DNA of 64,000 nt from Lepidodermella squamata (Eukaryota > Animalia > Gastrotricha), in the NCBI GenBank assembly GCA_047495785.1, contig JBLDXI010000028.1:1612001-1676000 (forward strand), written 5' to 3'. Below the pieces are notes generated by a model. That model had not been told where the DNA came from. It did not search any database and worked only from the letters and a program-made list of their open reading frames with translations. A program made the translations under genes and the position numbers. Below are positions 1-11,197 of the stretch, in pieces (position 1 is the stretch's first letter; each line of letters starts with the position of its first letter).

Positions 1-373
1 TTTGACATTCATCGTACTGCTCTTGGAAGCACGTCTCTCCGACCGGCCAGTTCTAGCCGTAACAGTTCTCCTAGCTCTGGTTTTCATGGAAGCCGACTCT
101 CTTAAATACCTGCCACAAAAGCCTGGCTTTGTATTTATGACTGCATGCATGAAATGTTGCGAATTTCTCACATGTGTTATGACACTTTATTGCCTGATCA
201 CTTGCGGGCTAGCGAACTCGTATCCAGACTGGTATGCCACAGTTCTGATCGAAAATTCGCTTTTTAAACTTAGAAATGGTCGTGCCATGGATATTGTTGC
301 TTTTGTTTTGATGATATTGGCCTATGGTGTCTCTCTTGTGTTCTTTGTATTGGTGTTGTTATCTAAATTATAA
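1..373 (+). CDS. Cys-loop ligand-gated ion channel-like subunit, subfamily B, 3' end only (cut by window edge)
   Basis: Encodes M1(part)-M2-M3-M4 (SDRPVLAVTVLLA...). The first ~300 nt are essentially identical to 4144-4450 of the 3391-4515 gene. Confidence 0.85.
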   Translation, partial: LTFIVLLLEARLSDRPVLAVTVLLALVFMEADSLKYLPQKPGFVFMTACMKCCEFLTCVMTLYCLITCGLANSYPDWYATVLIENSLFKLRNGRAMDIVAFVLMILAYGVSLVFFVLVLLSKL

Positions 374-406
374 ATTGAGTAAATTGGTTTCACAGTGGTT
401 CAAGTA

Positions 407-790
407 CCGTTTTTCATCGATTAATAGCCTCCCTCAAATAATAGCCTGAAATTTTTGACTGTTTTCGGCATTTAAAACTAAATAATAGCCCGCCTCGAAT
501 AATAGCCACGTCTTGCCTTGTCCGAAGCAGGTGGCGCGCTGGAGGAGGGGCAAAGCTGTCCTAATTTCGTCGCCTACAACTGCTAAGCGGATTAGAGGTG
601 GTGGACGTAAGCCGCTGTTTGCGGATGTCGAGGAGAGATTAGCAGCGTGGGTCAGACAACAGATAAGTCAACCACGGAAACGACTTATTGCGATGATGAA
701 ATTTGCCAATTGCCAATAAATAATAGCCCCCCTCGAATAATTGCCTCTTTTTTGGACCGTTTCCGGAGTTTCGGAAAAAATAGTAGCTTC
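407..790 (+). mobile_element. pogo/Tc5-like DNA transposon fragment
   Basis: TA|CCGT-type end followed by repeated AATAATAGCC subterminal motifs. ORF 513-719 (RWRR...GGGRKP...EERLAAWV) resembles the CENP-B/Tc5-type HTH of pogo transposases. Confidence 0.6.
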
Positions 791-1250
791 CGATTCTAGA
801 ATTCGGCCTAGTGGCCTACACGTTCGCAGCCAACCCAACGCTACTCGATCTACTCGACCAAGTTCAAGACCGATTTGTCAGAGCAACAGCGGTGACACTT
901 CAGCCTCTTGCGAAACGCCGATTCGTCGGCGTGATGTGCTACCTGTATAAAATCATTGTAGCTCGACGTGGTACCCAGCAAATCAGAACGAGGTTTGTTA
1001 GGGTTGCACGGAGATCAGGCAGACTGCGAAACCCTAAACGTGAACATAGCTATCAAATCAGAGTCAACACGCCGAGCTCGGTCCGCGACATCGACCCGTT
1101 CTTGCGTAAGGCAGCAATAATGCAAAAGTGGAACCAGCTACTTAAAACCGTCTTCCCATGGGCAACAGAGCCTGAACCGTTCAAACATTCTAAGCCTTAC
1201 CTTTTGACACCATCCGAAAGGGCTGAATAAAAATTTTAAATAAAAAACAT
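790..1250 (+). mobile_element. 3' fragment of a non-LTR retrotransposon (CR1/L2-like ORF2 C-terminus)
   Basis: LLDQVQDRFVR...LQPLAKRR...CYLYKII resembles the post-RT C-terminal region of CR1-group LINEs. Followed by AATAAA and an A-rich tract. Confidence 0.55.
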
Positions 1251-1587
1251 ACTATTTCTACTTTGCTTCCACCTACATGAAAAATAAAATGACTAGTAAA
1301 AGTTGAAATCAAACGTGTTCGGGCGTTGGCTCGCGCGCAACAAGTGTGAGCCAGAGCACGGTGGGACAATGCGCGCGCGCGTCCATTGTTCTCGATTTGG
1401 AGCCCACCGCGTACCTGGGTTAAAACCTATGAGCCGAAGCTCGACAAAGGTGTTTGATAAGAGCAGGCCCTTCGCAGGCCCTTCGCATCCTGGTTGACCA
1501 GAGCGCGGCGTGGAGTAATGCCCAGTCGGGGTCTGGTCGACCAGACCGCGATGTGGTCGTTTTCGGACTTGGGTCGTAACAGAAGCA

Positions 1588-1800
1588 TCGAATTATCTCC
1601 CCAAAAAAACCGGATTTGTTTTTCTACAATTTTTCATGAAAACCTGTGACTTTTTCATCGGATTCTTTGTCATCTACTGCTGCGTAACATGCGGCTTAGC
1701 AAACTCTTATCGGGAATGGTTCACATCTCCCCTTATTGAAACTCAAAATTGCACTCTTTCTACAGGGAGATCTTTCGATATTCTTATTGTTGTCATTTTC
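1588..1800 (+). pseudogene. Cys-loop subunit fragment (M2-M3 loop to M4), subfamily B-like
   Basis: Reads YLPKKTGFVFL...TCGLANSYREWF...GRSFDI, homologous to YLPQKPGFVFM...TCGLANSYPDWY...GRAMDI. No upstream part of the gene is present. Confidence 0.75.
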
Positions 1801-2074
1801 ATTCAAGATTCAAGTTAACGGCATTGCCATTCTGTGGCGTTACCCGACAGCTGCGAGTACCGCCTGAAATTATGCGAGAATAAAAATACTGGCTTGGAAA
1901 AACAAAAGATAAATCATGCGAACACAGTTGCATCGTTTGTATCGAGGAATTATGTTTGCTCGCAATATCCGGTCTCGACTTTCACGGCAAAGCTACGGCT
2001 TATGACTTCAAATATGCTTCAAATATGCACTGTTCATTCATATTCTGACATTGGAAATAATTATCAAGTCAGGG

Positions 2075-3205
2075 ATGCCCGTTAGACGCACCCACGAATT
2101 TTTCCTTTTAGCAACTTTTGCGTTAAGGATAATTTGCGGCAAGCCGAACTTTGATTTATCAAGCGCTCGAAGTTTGGACCTTATTGCGAGGTGCAACCAA
2201 TTTTCGGTCGAGGCTACTAACCCAAACTGTAAAATAAGCATAGAATTAGACGACGTAGATCAATCTTGCTTGACAACACCAATTAGAACAGCCCTAATAA
2301 TATCGAGATCATACGGAATCGATGACGTCACCGAGACGTTCAGAGTACAAGCAAGCTTCATAATCGAATGGGCCGCTGCTTGTGATCGACTTGGCAATTT
2401 GAGCGGGACGTATTTCTATCCCAATACAAGCCTTTTCTGGCAACCAGAATTCATCCACGATAACGCAGTCGACGATCCGGTAATGGCTAACTTTCAGTCA
2501 ATTTTCAGCGCTAGAATCTCCAATCAGCATGTCATTTTTCGATCGGAGATAAGTGGCATTTTCGTTTCATCCTGTGACATCGATCTAAGCCATTTTCCGT
2601 TTGACTATCAAAGGTGCAAGATTTACCTGCGATTGGCAAACTATGCAGAGGATGCAGTCACAATTGATGTTAAAACCTACAATTCACAGCCTATGGAGTA
2701 TTGGACCAACTGGGAATTAGATAAACTGAGTTCGACGCTGCAGAAGCTTTTCGGCAATCCTAGCCCTGTATTCATTATGAATTTCAAACGCCGCTCAGAA
2801 TTCTACATTTGGTTTCTAATGATACCTTGCGCTGCTTTGACTTTCCTACAGTTTCTTTCCATCGCTATCCACGCTTCGAAACCATTGAGACCTGGTTTTG
2901 CGATAACGATCCTGTTAGCTATGACAGTTTTGCGAATCGAGATAAGTAACAGAACACCAGCTAAGCCTGGTAAGATGTTGCTAACGGATTACACTCGTTC
3001 ATGTGAACTTCTCACTTTATTCATTACTCTTTATGCATTTTTCACCTGCCATCTTGCGAAAAAATTTCCAAAATGGTTTAACAGGAATGTGATTGTTATT
3101 GGTAGATGGAAGGCTTCACGCAATAGGTTGTGTGATGCCATTGCTTGTTCGACATCGCTCTTTGCTTTCAGCCTTGTTAATGTTTTCCTATTCTATACGT
3201 TGTGA
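2075..3205 (+). CDS. Intronless Cys-loop LGIC-like subunit, subfamily A
   Basis: First ATG at 2075. Signal-like N-terminus, FWQP, Cys-loop CDIDLSHFPFDYQRC, pre-M1 KRR, M2 KPLRPGFAITILLAMT, four TM segments. Confidence 0.9.
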   Translation: MPVRRTHEFFLLATFALRIICGKPNFDLSSARSLDLIARCNQFSVEATNPNCKISIELDDVDQSCLTTPIRTALIISRSYGIDDVTETFRVQASFIIEWAAACDRLGNLSGTYFYPNTSLFWQPEFIHDNAVDDPVMANFQSIFSARISNQHVIFRSEISGIFVSSCDIDLSHFPFDYQRCKIYLRLANYAEDAVTIDVKTYNSQPMEYWTNWELDKLSSTLQKLFGNPSPVFIMNFKRRSEFYIWFLMIPCAALTFLQFLSIAIHASKPLRPGFAITILLAMTVLRIEISNRTPAKPGKMLLTDYTRSCELLTLFITLYAFFTCHLAKKFPKWFNRNVIVIGRWKASRNRLCDAIACSTSLFAFSLVNVFLFYTL

Positions 3206-3390
3206 GAATATTTTTTACAATTTTCAGCTGTTTGTTTGAACCATGTGACATGTATTTGATTTATATTGCGCATGCCGGAAGTTTGACGCGTTGAGGTAAA
3301 CAAGCCAAGGTTATATAGATGAGAATTTTCGATATTTTATTATCTTCTATTTAACATAACATCGAGCATAAACACTCTTATATTATAGTT

Positions 3391-4515
3391 ATGAATTTAT
3401 CAAATATTCTTATATTATACTTGTTGTTTAAATCTTCATTCTCTGATGTGAACACCACATCTCTACGGCGGGCACGAAACCTTCTGCTGAACTGTCCCGA
3501 CCTTAGTCCAGAGAGCCCTGGTCCTCGTTGTGCTGCTAGTGCTGCAAATAGTAATTGTAAATTAGCAAAAGTGGAGCTGAAAGGATACGCCGGATTGATC
3601 GAAGCTATTAACGATCAGCAGCAGAGTTTCTCCGCGACATTGCATTTCACCGTGAGATGGAATGGCTCGTGTAATCCTGCTATCGCTGCGAAGCTTGATC
3701 CGTGGCAATACGTATCTTTCCCGGTTCCTGATACTATGTTTTGGCGACCGAAATTTGTCCACGTCAACCCATTCGACACTCACTTGCTTGACAAGGCTAC
3801 ATCAAAACTGGTAGTGGTAATCAAATCTTCCAGTGTTCATTTCATCTGGAATTTTATTAGAAGACTCACTTCGACTTGCGATCTTGATGTGGCGTTGTTC
3901 CCTTTTGATACTCAGATTTGCGCCATCAAACTTAAAACAGCCTCTCAGCGAATGCATTACGTGCTGAAACAGGTATCGGCGGGTGCTTATAACATGTTTC
4001 GAAAGAATCGTGACAATTGGCTCATCATTGACATATCCGCTTCCATCAGCAACCGAACGACTTACAAGTATATCTTCACATTTCGAAGGAAACCAGAGTT
4101 TTACATCTGGAATCTTATCCTACCATTTCTTGTTCTCACATTTTTGACATTCATCGTACTGCTCTTGGAAGCACGTCTCTCCGACCGGCCAGTTCTAGCC
4201 GTAACAGTTCTCCTAGCTCTGGTTTTCATGGAAGCCGACTCTCTTAAATACCTGCCACAAAAGCCTGGCTTTGTATTTATGACTGCATGCATGAAATGTT
4301 GCGAATTTCTCACATGTGTTATGACACTTTATTGCCTGATCACTTGCGGGCTAGCGAACTCGTATCCAGACTGGTATGCCACAGTTCTGATCGAAAATTC
4401 GCTTTTTAAACTTAGAAATGGTCGTGCCATGGATATTGTTGCTTTTGTTATTATGTTATTGGCCTATGGTATCTCTCTTGCTTTTTTTGCATTGATGTTG
4501 TTATCTAAAATCTAA
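3391..4515 (+). CDS. Intronless Cys-loop LGIC-like subunit, subfamily B
   Basis: Signal peptide, FWRP, Cys-loop CDLDVALFPFDTQIC, RRKPEFY-M1, M2 SDRPVLAVTVLLA. Confidence 0.92.
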   Translation: MNLSNILILYLLFKSSFSDVNTTSLRRARNLLLNCPDLSPESPGPRCAASAANSNCKLAKVELKGYAGLIEAINDQQQSFSATLHFTVRWNGSCNPAIAAKLDPWQYVSFPVPDTMFWRPKFVHVNPFDTHLLDKATSKLVVVIKSSSVHFIWNFIRRLTSTCDLDVALFPFDTQICAIKLKTASQRMHYVLKQVSAGAYNMFRKNRDNWLIIDISASISNRTTYKYIFTFRRKPEFYIWNLILPFLVLTFLTFIVLLLEARLSDRPVLAVTVLLALVFMEADSLKYLPQKPGFVFMTACMKCCEFLTCVMTLYCLITCGLANSYPDWYATVLIENSLFKLRNGRAMDIVAFVIMLLAYGISLAFFALMLLSKI

Positions 4516-4564
4516 AATATAAATTGAGTAAATTCGAAAATTTACGGGAGCGTAATTCATTTTA

Positions 4565-4739
4565 CAGTAAAACCTGTTATCTCGAACTCGGTGAAGGTCG
4601 AAAATCTGTCATGTCGAACACTTTTCGTAGAACCGTCTATAGTTCACATAAGCTAAATATTTTCTCTCTCTGTCGAAACTCTCTCTATGTCGAATGCATT
4701 TTTCGGAACCGTAGCCCTTCGAGAAAACAGGTTTCACTG
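4565..4739. mobile_element. Tigger/pogo-like MITE
   Basis: Terminal inverted repeats CAGTAAAACCTGTTATCTCGAA ... TTCGAGAAAACAGGTTTCACTG, flanked by a TA duplication. Confidence 0.8.
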
Positions 4740-5750
4740 TAATCCTTAATCCTAAATGGTGGCTTCACGGTGGTTCAATTACTATATGCCTACTTTGAGC
4801 CTGAATATATCGAGGAGTTATACTGAGAAGCCATACGAAGGACTTCTTCCACGTGCACATCCCGCATTTTTGTTTCTACGAAGCGCAGTCATAAGGCTTA
4901 CCGTTTATCGTAGTGCGCAAAGTAGGATCCTCTAACTAGGGGGTATTTTCGGGCTCAAATTTTACGACCAAGGGGCCCCCCTGTGGTTTTTTTGGCCTGC
5001 TGAACTGGAGAGGGGAGGGAATCATTCCCCCTATACTTCGCGCCCTGGTTTATCCAGAAGTAACACATAGAAATCGTGTAGCTTACGTTAAATAGCATCT
5101 TTAATCCCCAATATCTCCCCTGAGCCCGTCTCATGCCGCTGAGCTGATATAGGCATGCGATTTTTTGCCTTGTATTATTTTAAAAACGACGATTGTGGCA
5201 TGCTCGTTAATGATGAATTCCAGAAGACTGATGACCTCAAGCTTAAAAAAAGCAGTTAAGTATTATAGAAATTCCTCCTTGATGAAAAAATGCGAAAGGA
5301 ATGCTTGTAGGGATTTCTTTGCATGACCTTTCTCTCATGTTTATCTGATCCTCTCGTGTTATATAACATTGCAGATTTGTTGTCTGATAGAATACGTGGT
5401 TGAGGTGAAAAGAAATGACCTGGCCCGGCAGAATGTAAGGCTAATAGGTAATGTTCTGCGTTTTTCACCAAAAGGTTTTTTATAGGTTCACTGCTATGCG
5501 TCGTGAAAAAGTCATGAACAAGATGACTGAGAAAAGATCGAGAGTTGTGGCCTAACATGTGTGGCAATTAAAGCGCTTTTTGTATGTTAGCATAATAAGG
5601 CTGTTTTCATAAACATCGTGATCTTCAGAGGTTTTTTAAACCACGAACCTCGTAGGCGTTTCAGGGCCCCATGTGACCTCCTAGAAGTAGAAACTGGGGC
5701 TTAAATAGCCCCTAGGCCGCTGCCCTCGGTGCCATAATATTATCTACTTG

Positions 5751-7752
5751 ATGCGGAAACAAAGTTTAACCATGGTCGTCACTCTGGTTTACATGTTAGT
5801 CATACTACAAGCTGCATCAGCTCAGCAAAACTATCCTGTTGTTAATACAAATTCGGGACCGGTGAGGGGAAAAATGGTCACCGTGACATCTGACCCGAGT
5901 CAAATCGACGTCTACCAGTTCACTGCCATTCCATTTGCGAAACCTCCAATCGGAGATCTAAGACTGAAGAAAACTCAATCCGTCCAACCATGGACAACGA
6001 TTCTCGATGCAACTAACGATCCACCTCAATGCATGCAGAATGCCATGCGGTTTCCTGGTGGTCCTGTTCTCACGCCGAGAATGTCCGAAGACTGCCTTTA
6101 CCTCAACATCTGGGCACCTAAGGCGGCGGTCGATAGCGTTGGTCAGAATGTTCGAAAATTGAGTGTTTATGTATTCATTCATGGCGGAGGCTTTTCTATG
6201 GGCTCGATCAGCGATAAAACAATTAATGGGCAGTTTCTATCAGGACTGAACAACATCATAGTTGTGGCAATTCAATACCGACTCGGCTCGTTGGGATTTG
6301 CCTATCAAGGTAATAACTATGCCCCCAGTAATATGGGGCTATGGGACCAACTCGAGGCCCTGAAATGGATAAATGCTAATATCGGTGCCTTCGGAGGTGA
6401 TAACACAGCAGTAACAATCGGTGGTCAAAGTGCTGGGGGATCTTCTGTTACCGCTCATTTGTTGTCACCCTACAGCCGACCCTACTTCCAGCGTGCGATT
6501 ATCGAATCAGGCGCCGCAACTATGGTATGGGGCAGGCGAAATTCCTCGATCGTCAGGCGAACCTCGGACATAGTTCTCAGCACCATTTGTATGCCTACTT
6601 CGAACATGGAAACTTGGATGCAATGCCTTAGTCGAGCAAACGCTTCCTCATTTCCAGTTACAGATTCCTCCCTGGCTGGTAAACAAATCGTAAGGGAAGA
6701 TAATTTCGCCCCAGTTGTTGACGGCGACTTCATCCCTCGAGATCCATCGTCAATGCTTGCATCGGGCGACATTTCGAAGGTCCCTATTTTAATAGGGATG
6801 ACTAAGGACGAAGCGTCTTTCCAAATAGCAGGAATGTCAGATGGTAATAACCCTCCCCTTTTCGGCCTGCAGCCAAGCCAGTTGACGAATGACCATTACA
6901 AAACTTTGATTTCAACTCGCTTCATCGATTTTCACCAGCTGCTGTATGGTAGCAATAGTACATCTGCAATATCAAAAGTTGCCTCGGCTATTCAATCTCA
7001 ATATCAACCCGGAAGTCAAGGCTTGGCCATTTTTCAAGCAGTGAGTGATGCCGATAGTGACTACACGTTCAAATGTCCCGTTTTGACCTGGGCTAAAGGC
7101 ACGGCCAGCGCAGGGGCTTCAGTTTTTGCCTACTTGTTTAGCCATGTACGGGAGAACCCAACCGGACCTGGTTATTTAGGCGCAAAACACGGCGAGGAAC
7201 TTCAGTAAATTGACAATTTTCAAACATTTTAGAGATTATACTTTCATTCATTTTTTCAGATTTGTGTTCGGCCAGCCAATGTCTAACAACTCGTACTCTG
7301 TCAATGAAAGGCTCCTGAGCTTAACAATGATGACGTATTGGTCAAATTTCATTAAATTCGGGTAAGTAACCCAGATTGAAACGCAACAATAGCGAACATA
7401 TGATTCTCAATAGAAATCCTAACGGTGATGGGCAAGGTCGTCTTCGAACGTGGCCACCCTATTCGGGCTCTGGCTGTTCGAAGCAAGTGTTTGACATCAA
7501 CATAGCCAGCGTAGTTAGCAAAACCAGCCCTGACTCACTGGCCATTATCTGCGACTACAAGAAAAATGAGTGTGAGACGGTGAGTTGATGTTCGCTGATG
7601 TTCGTGATGCCTTTTCACACAAAATGTGGTATTTCTTTTAGTTTTGGAATGACTACATGCCGAAACTGATCGCAGCAGCGTTGAGTAATACGACAGCAAG
7701 TGATCCAAATCCTGTTCGGGCACGCCGGCCCCGTTCCGCAAGAGGAGGCTGA
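5751..7752 (+). CDS. Secreted type-B carboxylesterase / cholinesterase-family enzyme (4 exons: 5751-7204, 7260-7361, 7414-7579, 7642-7752)
   Basis: Signal peptide, SEDCLYLNIW, HGGGF oxyanion hole, GQSAG nucleophile, DEA acid, HGEEL His. GT-AG introns of 55, 52 and 62 nt restore FVFGQP, YWSNFIKFGNPN and CETFWNDYMPKL. AATAAA near 7852. Confidence 0.9.
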
Positions 7753-8693
7753 AGTAGATATAATAACGATGACTCATCGTCGCCGGATGACGATGGACGC
7801 GACTGAACAGGAAATTGATTTTTTTGCAAGGAAAACAGTAGTTTTCAAACACAATAAAAAGCTTATATCTGTCAATCGATCAAAATCAGGAGTTCCCAAA
7901 CATGATGCTGTGGTACACATGCATATAATGCAGTGTGCGACTTTCAGGGGGGGGGGGGGGGGGGATGGGGGGGGATCATCCCCCCCAGCTCGGCCTGGCC
8001 AGACAACAAAATGAGAATTTATCCCACTGTTTCACTGGGGCGTGTTTCAGTGGAAAATCTTCACAATTTTCTCGCTTCGCTCGGTTATTAGCCGAAATGA
8101 CTCGTCATTTTGGCAAAAACAGCAAAAAAATTGTTTCCATCCCTGGGAGCTCGCGGATCGAAGATCGCACCCTGATCTAGTGAAGAAGGGCTCAATATTG
8201 GTTTCTTCTAGTTTTGTCGGGCACCAAAAGCCCAGGTTCGATTCTGGAATTTTTATTAGAAACAAAAGTAGCGCTGAATAGAAAATACCTAGAGCCGATT
8301 AGCGATTCCAAAATTGTGACCACAAAATGATACCTCAATTCCAATACATGTTTCTGCATAGCGGCAACCGATGCTCATATTCTCGTGAACTTCTGATGAA
8401 ACCAAGCTTCAGATTGAATCCAGTTGGAGCATTTGGTGGAGCGCTTCGACTGGGAGGTTCCTAGGATCGAAAGAACATCGCAGTAAGGATCACAAGGATG
8501 GTGAATCTTGAGTTTGGGAATTCGACTGCCAGTAGCGATCAATGATTTTGCTTGCACAGTGTGATATTGTGATAGTGTGATATTGTCGCAATTTCCGACC
8601 TCGTCTCTCGGCTTTCAAAGCGAAACATATAGCATACACCCTCTAGCGACTACAGCTTTGTCCTTTGCGCAATTGTACTTAAACAATTAAATA

Positions 8694-9863
8694 ATGAATA
8701 TAAAATTGCTTTTAATTCTTTTGAAGCCAACTGAACATGCGCTTCCAATCATTATATCCCTGATTCTTGCATCGAAGATCAATTGCAGCCAGCAATTGTT
8801 TGATATATCGAATGCGCGAAGTTTGGACCTAATCGCGAGGTGTAACCATTTTTCTTTTGAGGTTATGAACCCAGGCTGTAATATCAGCAAATCATTGGAA
8901 TATCCGGACCATTCCTGCTCGAAAACAAGTATCAAAACAACGTTACTGACAAGGAACCTCTACGGAATCGATGATGTGACTGAAAGTTTCAAAATTCGGG
9001 TCGATTTCTTATTCGCGTGGTCAGTGAGCTGCAAACGATTGGGCGACCTGAACGGGACCACTTTCTATCCGAATGAAAGTCTTTTCTGGCGACCGCAGTT
9101 TAAGCACGAAAATGCCATCGAAGATCCAACCATGGCTCATTTACAATCCGTTTTCCATGCTGAAATTCGCCCGCGACGTGTAAAATTTCATATGCAGCTG
9201 AGTGGAATTCTCGTGTCAACCTGCACTATTTTTCTCCAAAATTTTCCGTTCGACATTCAAATTTGCCGGGTAATACTAAGGCTGGACAACCCTGCGTATG
9301 ACAATGTGGTCGTAACAGATGCCAGAGGCTACATTTGGAGTTTTGGGCCGAAAACAAAGGATAACTGGGAAGTGATCGGAAATGGCGCTAAGCTTAAGAC
9401 GCTTTTGGGCGATCTAAATCCTTCTTTCTACTTCATCTTAAAACGCCGCTCGGATTTCTACATTCGGTTTCTGATAATACCGTGCGCTGTTCTTACTAAC
9501 CTCCAGTTCCTTTCCATTGCTATCCACGCTTCAAAGCCTTTGAGGCCAGGTTTTGCGATAACAATTCTTCTTGCTATGACGTTTTTGCGAGTTGAGATAA
9601 GTAACAGAACTCCAGCTAAGCCTGAAAAGATGTTGCTAACCGATTATACGCGTGGATGTGAGCTTCTCACTTTATTCATAACTCTATATGCCTTTGTAAC
9701 ATGCCATTTCGCGAAAAAATTCTCAAAATGGTTCAACAGCAATGTGATTGTGATTGGAAAATGGAAGCTTTCCCGTAATAGGTTATGTGACGCAATCGCT
9801 TGCTCGATATCACTCATTGCGTTCTGTTTTTTGAATGTTTATCTATTCTACTTTAAAATTTGA
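8694..9863 (+). CDS. Intronless Cys-loop LGIC-like subunit, subfamily A
   Basis: FWRP, Cys-loop CTIFLQNFPFDIQIC, M2 KPLRPGFAITILLAMT. Confidence 0.92.
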   Translation: MNIKLLLILLKPTEHALPIIISLILASKINCSQQLFDISNARSLDLIARCNHFSFEVMNPGCNISKSLEYPDHSCSKTSIKTTLLTRNLYGIDDVTESFKIRVDFLFAWSVSCKRLGDLNGTTFYPNESLFWRPQFKHENAIEDPTMAHLQSVFHAEIRPRRVKFHMQLSGILVSTCTIFLQNFPFDIQICRVILRLDNPAYDNVVVTDARGYIWSFGPKTKDNWEVIGNGAKLKTLLGDLNPSFYFILKRRSDFYIRFLIIPCAVLTNLQFLSIAIHASKPLRPGFAITILLAMTFLRVEISNRTPAKPEKMLLTDYTRGCELLTLFITLYAFVTCHFAKKFSKWFNSNVIVIGKWKLSRNRLCDAIACSISLIAFCFLNVYLFYFKI

Positions 9864-10057
9864 CCTCACGCCTGTTCGATATCGTTCATCTTTGAAGATT
9901 TTTACTCTTCAATTTGACTGCGGCAAACTTATTTTCGTTTGACATTTTATCACCAATATGTGCTGCGCGCATTCCGGAAATTTGACGTGCAGAGGCAAAC
10001 ACGCCAAGCTAGCATTTAATAGTTTTTGGGATTCAAGTCTGATCCATCTTATCTGAT

Positions 10058-11197
10058 ATGCTAGTAAGTATTTTTTTGACAGGCATTTTGTTTCACCCTT
10101 CATTCTCTTCTACAAATGAATTATCCCTGCAGAGAGCACTAAACCTACTATCGAACTGCTCAAACCTCGGCCCAGAGACTCGGAGCCCACTCTGCTTTAA
10201 TTACAATGCCTCAGAAGGATGTAAGACATCTGCAGTCGCCGAAGTGACCTTGAGAGTCGCTGCAGGTAAAGTTGAAGCTATCAACGATCAGTTGCAGAGT
10301 TTCTCAGCTTCACTGCAGTTTAACGTGCAGTGGAAGGGCTCGTGCAATTGGCCACCTGCCGTTGCAAAGCTTGGTCCGAAGCAAAATTTTTCTTTCCCGG
10401 TTCTTGACACTATGTTCTGGCGGCCTAAATTTATCCATCTCAACCCATCCGTCACTCACATGAGTGACAGAAGAATCTCGCGAATGACCGTGTTAATAAG
10501 GCGTGATGAGAACATTCGTTTCGATTGGAGATTCAATGCGAGACTGGCTTCAACTTGCGATCTCGATGTTTCATTTTTCCCGTTTGATACTCAAATTTGC
10601 GCTGTCAAACTACAAATTGCAACCATGCGACGTTTCTGTAAATTAATGAATTACAACTTGGCAACAAAATATGACACTCATCGGGTACTCGTAGACAACT
10701 GGCGTATCGTCAACAAGTCGGTTGTAGTCAGCAACGGAAGGACCTACGAGTATATCTTCACATTTCGAAGGAAACCGGAGTTTTACATCTGGAATATAAT
10801 TCTACCGTTTGTTATTCTGACATCTATGGTATTCGTTATTCTACTCTTGGATCCCCGTCTCTCAGATCGACCAGTTCTAGCAGTGACCATTCTTTTAGCG
10901 CTGGTTTTCATGGAAGCCGACTGCTTGCAATACCTGCCATTAAAACCAGGATTTGTCATGCTGTCAGCATTCATGAAGTGCTCCGAATTTATCACTAGCA
11001 TTCTAACATTCTATTCCCTGGTTACTTGTGGGTTAGCTAACTCTTATCCAGATTGGTACGCCACTAGTCTGTTCGAGCATTCGCTGTTCGTTATTAGAAA
11101 AGGTCGTGCCATGGATATTTCTGCTTTTATCATTGTTCTATTGGCTTATGGTGTCTCTGTTACCTATTTCGTTCTAATGGTCTTATCTTATGTATGA
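10058..11197 (+). CDS. Intronless Cys-loop LGIC-like subunit, subfamily B
   Basis: Signal peptide, Cys-loop CDLDVSFFPFDTQIC, M2 SDRPVLAVTILLA. Confidence 0.92.
   Translation: MLVSIFLTGILFHPSFSSTNELSLQRALNLLSNCSNLGPETRSPLCFNYNASEGCKTSAVAEVTLRVAAGKVEAINDQLQSFSASLQFNVQWKGSCNWPPAVAKLGPKQNFSFPVLDTMFWRPKFIHLNPSVTHMSDRRISRMTVLIRRDENIRFDWRFNARLASTCDLDVSFFPFDTQICAVKLQIATMRRFCKLMNYNLATKYDTHRVLVDNWRIVNKSVVVSNGRTYEYIFTFRRKPEFYIWNIILPFVILTSMVFVILLLDPRLSDRPVLAVTILLALVFMEADCLQYLPLKPGFVMLSAFMKCSEFITSILTFYSLVTCGLANSYPDWYATSLFEHSLFVIRKGRAMDISAFIIVLLAYGVSVTYFVLMVLSYV

Noticed and set aside
5751-7752. True acetylcholinesterase or neuroligin
   Set aside because: No choline-binding Trp in the omega loop and GQSAG instead of GESAG argue against AChE. 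The intact catalytic Ser and lack of a TM tail argue against neuroligin.
7947-7990. Poly-G tract as a functional G-quadruplex (also 57140-57160)
   Set aside because: It lies in repeat-like sequence (similar to ~61640-61685 in reverse), and homopolymer length is unreliable.
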